Below are positions 60,346-64,000 of a DNA stretch of 64,000 bases, in pieces (within the stretch, counting starts at the first letter, position 1; each line of letters opens with the position of its first letter). The DNA is from an uncultured Spirochaetales bacterium (GTDB lineage: Bacteria > Myxococcota_A > UBA9160 > UBA6930): positions 21,761 through 85,760 of the forward strand of contig CAYWRY010000001.1 in the NCBI GenBank assembly GCA_964460485.1. The letters are read 5' to 3'. A model generated the notes under the pieces. That model had not been told where the DNA came from. It searched no databases and saw only the letters and a program-made list of their open reading frames with translations. Position numbers and translations under genes: made by a program.

Positions 60346-61260
60346 TCAGCGGGATGCGCGATCGGAGCGGGCCTTGCGCCGGCCCCTGCCGCCCGCCTGC
60401 GCGCGGAGCCAGCCCCGGAACGCCCGGATCGCCGGCTCCTCTGCGCGGCTCGGCAGACACACGACGTAATAGGCGAACGGAGCCGGCTCCGTGCGCGCGA
60501 AGGGCTGCACGAGGCGGCCGGCACGCAGGTCCGCTTCCGCGAGGCGAAGGCGCGCCAGCGCAACGCCGTGCCCGGCGACCGCCGCCTGCACGAGCTGCCC
60601 CGAGTCCTCGAACGAGGCCGCGCTCGGCCGGCGCGCCGCGCAGGCCGGCCGCGGCGAGCCAGTCGCGCCAGCCCGCGTGCGAGCCGTCGTGCAGGAGCGT
60701 GTGACGCCGGAGGTCTTCGGGCCGCGCGAGGGCGCGCCGCGGGCTCGCGACCGGCGCGATCTCGTCGCGCGGCAGCAGCTCGACGTGGAGGCCGGGGTAC
60801 TCGCCGCGGCCACAGCGGATCGCGACGTCCACGGGGTCGCGCGCCAGATCCGCCAGCTCGGGCGACGAGTGGAGCGCGAGGTCGACGCGCGGGTGCTTCG
60901 CGCGGAAGTCGCCGAGGCGGGGCACCAGCCAGCTGGCCGCGAAGCTCGGCAGCACGCTCACGCGCAGCGCGGCGGCGCCGCGCCTCGGCACGAGAGCGCG
61001 CGTCGCCGCGTCGAGCGCGTCGAAGGCCTCGCGCACCGCGGGCAGGTAGCGGGCGCCGGCAGGCGCGAGGCGCAGCGCGCGATGCAGGCGCACGAACAGC
61101 TTCACGCCGAGGGCGTCCTCGGGCGCGCGCACCTGACGGCTGATCGCGCCTCCTGCGTCACTTGCAGCTCCGCGCCAGCCGCCTTGAACGAAAGCCGGCG
61201 CGCCGCCGCCTCGAAGGCGCGCAGCGCGTTCAGCGGCGGGAGGAAGCGGCGCAGGCTCAC
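60346..61260 (-). pseudogene. LysR-family (GcvA-like) transcriptional regulator interrupted by two compensating frameshifts
   Basis: Three track ORFs tile one LysR. The HTH LPPLNALRAFEAAARRLSFKAAGAELQVTQ is in the frame of 61102..61317. GAISRQVRAPEDALGVKLF...LLHDGSHAGWRDWLAAAGL is in the frame of 60296..61132. SFEDSGQLVQAAVAGHGVALARLRLAEADLRAGRLVQPF...FRGWL is in the frame of 60346..60813. The first and last segments share a frame and the total is 915 nt. The shifts lie near 61148-61156 and 60615-60630. Confidence 0.6.
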
Positions 61261-61334
61261 GCGCGCAAACCTATTGCAACGCGCGAGAACATTTCCTTGG
61301 ACGCGACGCGCGCGCACGGGTATCCGATCCGGCC

Positions 61335-61967
61335 ATGCTCACGCTCTACGACTACCTGGAATCCGGCAACGGCTACAAGGCGCGGCTGATCCTGCACCTG
61401 CGCGGGCTCCCGTTCCGCCGCGTCGAGCTGGACATCCTGAAAGGCGAGACGCGCACGCCCCAGTTCCTCGCCAAGAACCCGAACGGCCGCATTCCCGCGG
61501 TCGAGCTCGAGGACGGGCGTGTGCTGTTCGAGTCGAACGCGATCCTCTCGTACTTCGCGGACGGCACGCCGCTCGCCGGCCGAGACGCCTGGGAACGCGC
61601 GCAGATCCTGCAGTGGATGTTCTTCGAGCAGTACAGCCACGAGCCGAACGTCGCGACGCTGCGCTTCTGGCACCTGGCCAAGCTGCTCTCGAAGAAGGCG
61701 CCGGCGGAGATCGCCGCGAAGCAGTCGGGCGGCGAGGCGGCGCTGGCCATCCTCGATGCACAGCTTGCCTCGCGCGACTGGCTCGTCGGCGGGCGCTTCA
61801 CGATCGCCGACGTCGCGTTGTTCGCCTACACGCACGTGGCCGGGGAGGGCGGCTTCGATCTCGGGCGCTGGCCGGCCGTGCAGCGCTGGATCGGGCGCGT
61901 GGAAGCGCAGCCGGGCTTCGTGCCGATCACCGAGGACTTCGGCGTGCCCGCCTCGCCGATGCCCTAG
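61335..61967 (+). CDS. glutathione S-transferase
   Basis: Full ORF, 210 aa. Contains NPNGRIPAVELEDGRVLFESNAILSYF and a C-terminal helical domain. Divergent from the LysR pseudogene. Confidence 0.85.
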   Translation: MLTLYDYLESGNGYKARLILHLRGLPFRRVELDILKGETRTPQFLAKNPNGRIPAVELEDGRVLFESNAILSYFADGTPLAGRDAWERAQILQWMFFEQYSHEPNVATLRFWHLAKLLSKKAPAEIAAKQSGGEAALAILDAQLASRDWLVGGRFTIADVALFAYTHVAGEGGFDLGRWPAVQRWIGRVEAQPGFVPITEDFGVPASPMP

Positions 61968-61976
61968 CGGCCGCGG

Positions 61977-62444
61977 CTATGCCGCCCGCGCCAGCATCCC
62001 GCCGAGGATCCCGCACGCCGTCAGAAAGCCGAACAGCGCGCCCGCCATCGCGAAGCGGCCCGCCAGGCGGTGGCGCGCGGCGAGCTCGCGCGGCGCGGGA
62101 GGGTCGCCGGCCTGCTGCGTCACGCGGCGCGTGCGCGCCAGCCGGCGGCCCAGCGCGAAGGCACAGCCGCCGGCCACGAGCATCGTCGCGACGAAGATCT
62201 CGTGGACGTAGAGATTCCCGCGCGCGAGCGCCGACCAAGCGGCGACGTCCTCGCCGCCGAGCAGCGCGACCTTCGCGAGGTAGGCCACCAGGAACGCCGC
62301 GATCCAGAACCCCGCTCGCGTCATCGCGCGGCGGTGGTCCGCTACGCGGTTCTCGCGGATCGCGCGCATGCCGCGCATGCCGAGCGCCAGCACGAGGGCC
62401 ATGTTCGCCAGCGCCCAGCACCAGAAGAGCAGCTTCGGAGACAT
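61977..62444 (-). CDS. DUF420-like four-TM membrane protein
   Basis: ORF 61977..62465. I prefer the internal ATG at 62444 (MSPKLLFWCW). Four hydrophobic segments and ADHRRAMTRAGFWIAAFLVAYL resemble DUF420 from memory. Confidence 0.5.
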   Translation of the reverse strand: MSPKLLFWCWALANMALVLALGMRGMRAIRENRVADHRRAMTRAGFWIAAFLVAYLAKVALLGGEDVAAWSALARGNLYVHEIFVATMLVAGGCAFALGRRLARTRRVTQQAGDPPAPRELAARHRLAGRFAMAGALFGFLTACGILGGMLARAA

Positions 62445-62550
62445 CGCGGGCGCACAGTAGAGCACGCCGCGCGGCGCCAGGCATCGGCGCGCGCGTCGCG
62501 GCGGGCGCGCGCTGCGGGCATCATGGGCCTCCGCTCTCGCTGGAGGATCC

Positions 62551-63750
62551 GTGACGCAGCCGACTCCGCCGATGCCGATCGACCTGCTCGACGGCGACTT
62601 CTACGCGCGCGATCCGCACGCCGCCTTCCGCTGGCTGCGCGCGAACGCGCCCGTGTTCTGGGACGAGAAGAACGGCGTCTGGGGGATCACGCGGCACGCG
62701 CACGTGCAGGAGGTGGCGAAGGCGCCGCAGCTCTTCTGCAGCAGCGGCGGCTCGCGGCCCGACTCGCCGCCGATCCCGTCGATGATCAACATGGACGACC
62801 CCATGCACCGGCGGCGGCGCGCGCTCGTGAACCGCGGCTTCACGCCGCGGCGCATCGAGGAGCAGGAGCAGCTCGCGCGCAGCGCGAGCCGGCGGCTGCT
62901 CGCCGCGGTCGCGGCGCGTGGCGAGTGCGACTGGGTGCGCGACGTCGCTCGGCACCTGCCCATGATCATGATCGGCGACATGCTGGGGGTCGCCGAGGCC
63001 GACCACGAGAAGCTGCTGAAGTGGTCCGACGACATGCTGCTCGGCACCAACGTGAACGCGACGCCCGAGGCGCGCGCTGCCGCGATGAAGGCCGGCGCGG
63101 AGTGGATCACCTACCACGCGCAGGTCGTGGCAGACCGGCGCGCGAAGCCGCCCGGCGACGACCTGATCAGCACGCTCGTCCATGCGCAGATCGAAGGCGA
63201 GCGCCTCGACGGCGAGGCGCTGCGGCAGGAGGCCCTGCTGATCCTCATCGGCGGCGACGAGACCACGCGCCACGTCTTGACGGGAGGCCTCTACGAGCTG
63301 CTGCGCCACCCCGAGCAGAAGCGGGCGCTGGCGCGCGAGCCTAAGCGCATCCCGACCGCGGTCGAGGAGATGCTGCGCTGGGTCACGCCCATCCAGAACA
63401 TGAACCGCACGGCGACCCGCGACGTGGATTTCCACGGCGCGAGAATCCGCAGGGGCGACAAGCTCTTGCTGCTCTACCCCTCAGCCAATCGCGACGAGGC
63501 GGTGTTCGACGACCCGTTCCGCTTCGACGTCGCCCGCGAACCGAACGAGCACCTCGCCTTCGGCGGCTACGGCCCGCACTTCTGCCTCGGGGCGTCGCTG
63601 GCTCGCCTGGAGCTGCGCGTGATGTTCGAAGAGCTGCTGGCGCACTTCCCGGACGTCGAGCTCGCGACCGCGGGTGAGCCCGAGCGCCGCAAGTCGAACT
63701 TCATCGTGGGCTTCGAGCGCCTGCCGATTCGCTGGCGGGCGCGCGCCTGA
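62551..63750 (+). CDS. cytochrome P450
   Basis: Full ORF, 399 aa, GTG start. I-helix GGDETT, EEMLRW, and the heme loop FGGYGPHFCLGASLA. Confidence 0.9.
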   Translation: MTQPTPPMPIDLLDGDFYARDPHAAFRWLRANAPVFWDEKNGVWGITRHAHVQEVAKAPQLFCSSGGSRPDSPPIPSMINMDDPMHRRRRALVNRGFTPRRIEEQEQLARSASRRLLAAVAARGECDWVRDVARHLPMIMIGDMLGVAEADHEKLLKWSDDMLLGTNVNATPEARAAAMKAGAEWITYHAQVVADRRAKPPGDDLISTLVHAQIEGERLDGEALRQEALLILIGGDETTRHVLTGGLYELLRHPEQKRALAREPKRIPTAVEEMLRWVTPIQNMNRTATRDVDFHGARIRRGDKLLLLYPSANRDEAVFDDPFRFDVAREPNEHLAFGGYGPHFCLGASLARLELRVMFEELLAHFPDVELATAGEPERRKSNFIVGFERLPIRWRARA

Positions 63751-64000
63751 GGCGGGGGCCAGGGGCGGCGCGGATGTGCCGGGAGGAGCCGCCCCCGACG
63801 ACGGAAGTCAGGGATGCGCACCCACTTCGTGCCACGTCTCGCCAGAACCAGGGGCCGCTGGCTGGCGAGTCGCGTGTTTCGAGGCGACGTCCTCCCGGCG
63901 CGAGCCATGACACCACGCGAATCCCTCGGCACGCTGTGAAGTGATTCACAAGCGCGCCCGCGGGCGCGCGCGTCCTGCACCACGGAGCCCACGTTGTCCT

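Noticed and set aside
1-64000. I looked for CRISPR repeats, tRNA/rRNA, IS elements, integrases, phage genes, direct repeats flanking the island, and defence-system hallmarks (nucleases with ATPases, TIR, Sir2, reverse transcriptase).
   Set aside because: None was recognised by eye. The island boundary near 43.4 kb is defined only by the end of the sigma-54 matches and a weak hairpin, not by mobility genes. GC content looks uniform, so horizontal acquisition cannot be claimed.

Overview
High-GC bacterial chromosomal segment, roughly 70% GC by eye. Gene content and codon bias suggest a Myxococcota/Deltaproteobacteria-type genome, but that is inference only. I can support about 63 protein-coding genes (one runs off the left edge, one is frameshifted), 19 sigma-54-type (-24/-12) promoter matches and 3 hairpin terminators. 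I saw no rRNA, tRNA, CRISPR array, transposase or integrase. Many long ORFs in the track are antisense or out-of-frame GC artefacts with Arg/Ala/Pro-rich translations, and I ignored them.

The window splits in two. The left ~43.4 kb is a stress/hypoxia-type island. It carries 2 tandem USPs, 2 Hsp20s, an orphan GroEL, an HPF-cold-shock fusion, a CBS-DksA fusion, a CBS pair, a hemerythrin, a P-type ATPase, MgtE and a K+ channel. It also carries an AMP-phosphorylase-like/PRPP-synthetase-like/beta-CASP operon, an acyl-CoA synthetase-E1-E2-ACP operon, an L,D-transpeptidase plus DUF882 peptidase, CFA synthase, an APH/AAA kinase and two paralogous CxxCH proteins. Almost every transcription unit in this island is preceded by a GG-N10-GC sigma-54 promoter match. 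A globin-coupled (heme) histidine kinase and a GAFTGA-containing NtrC-family activator sit inside it.

This looks like a heme-sensor/sigma-54-wired analogue of the mycobacterial DosR dormancy regulon or the Burkholderia low-oxygen (lxa) locus, and it is my main candidate for an undescribed system. The right ~20 kb is ordinary metabolism (pyrD, OTC, enoyl-CoA hydratase, SDR, lnt, LLM oxidoreductase, esterase, ACAD, GST, P450 and others). The same eye scan found no such promoter matches there.

All coordinates were derived by hand from the sequence and checked against ORF-track frames. Promoter calls and functional parallels are unverified predictions.
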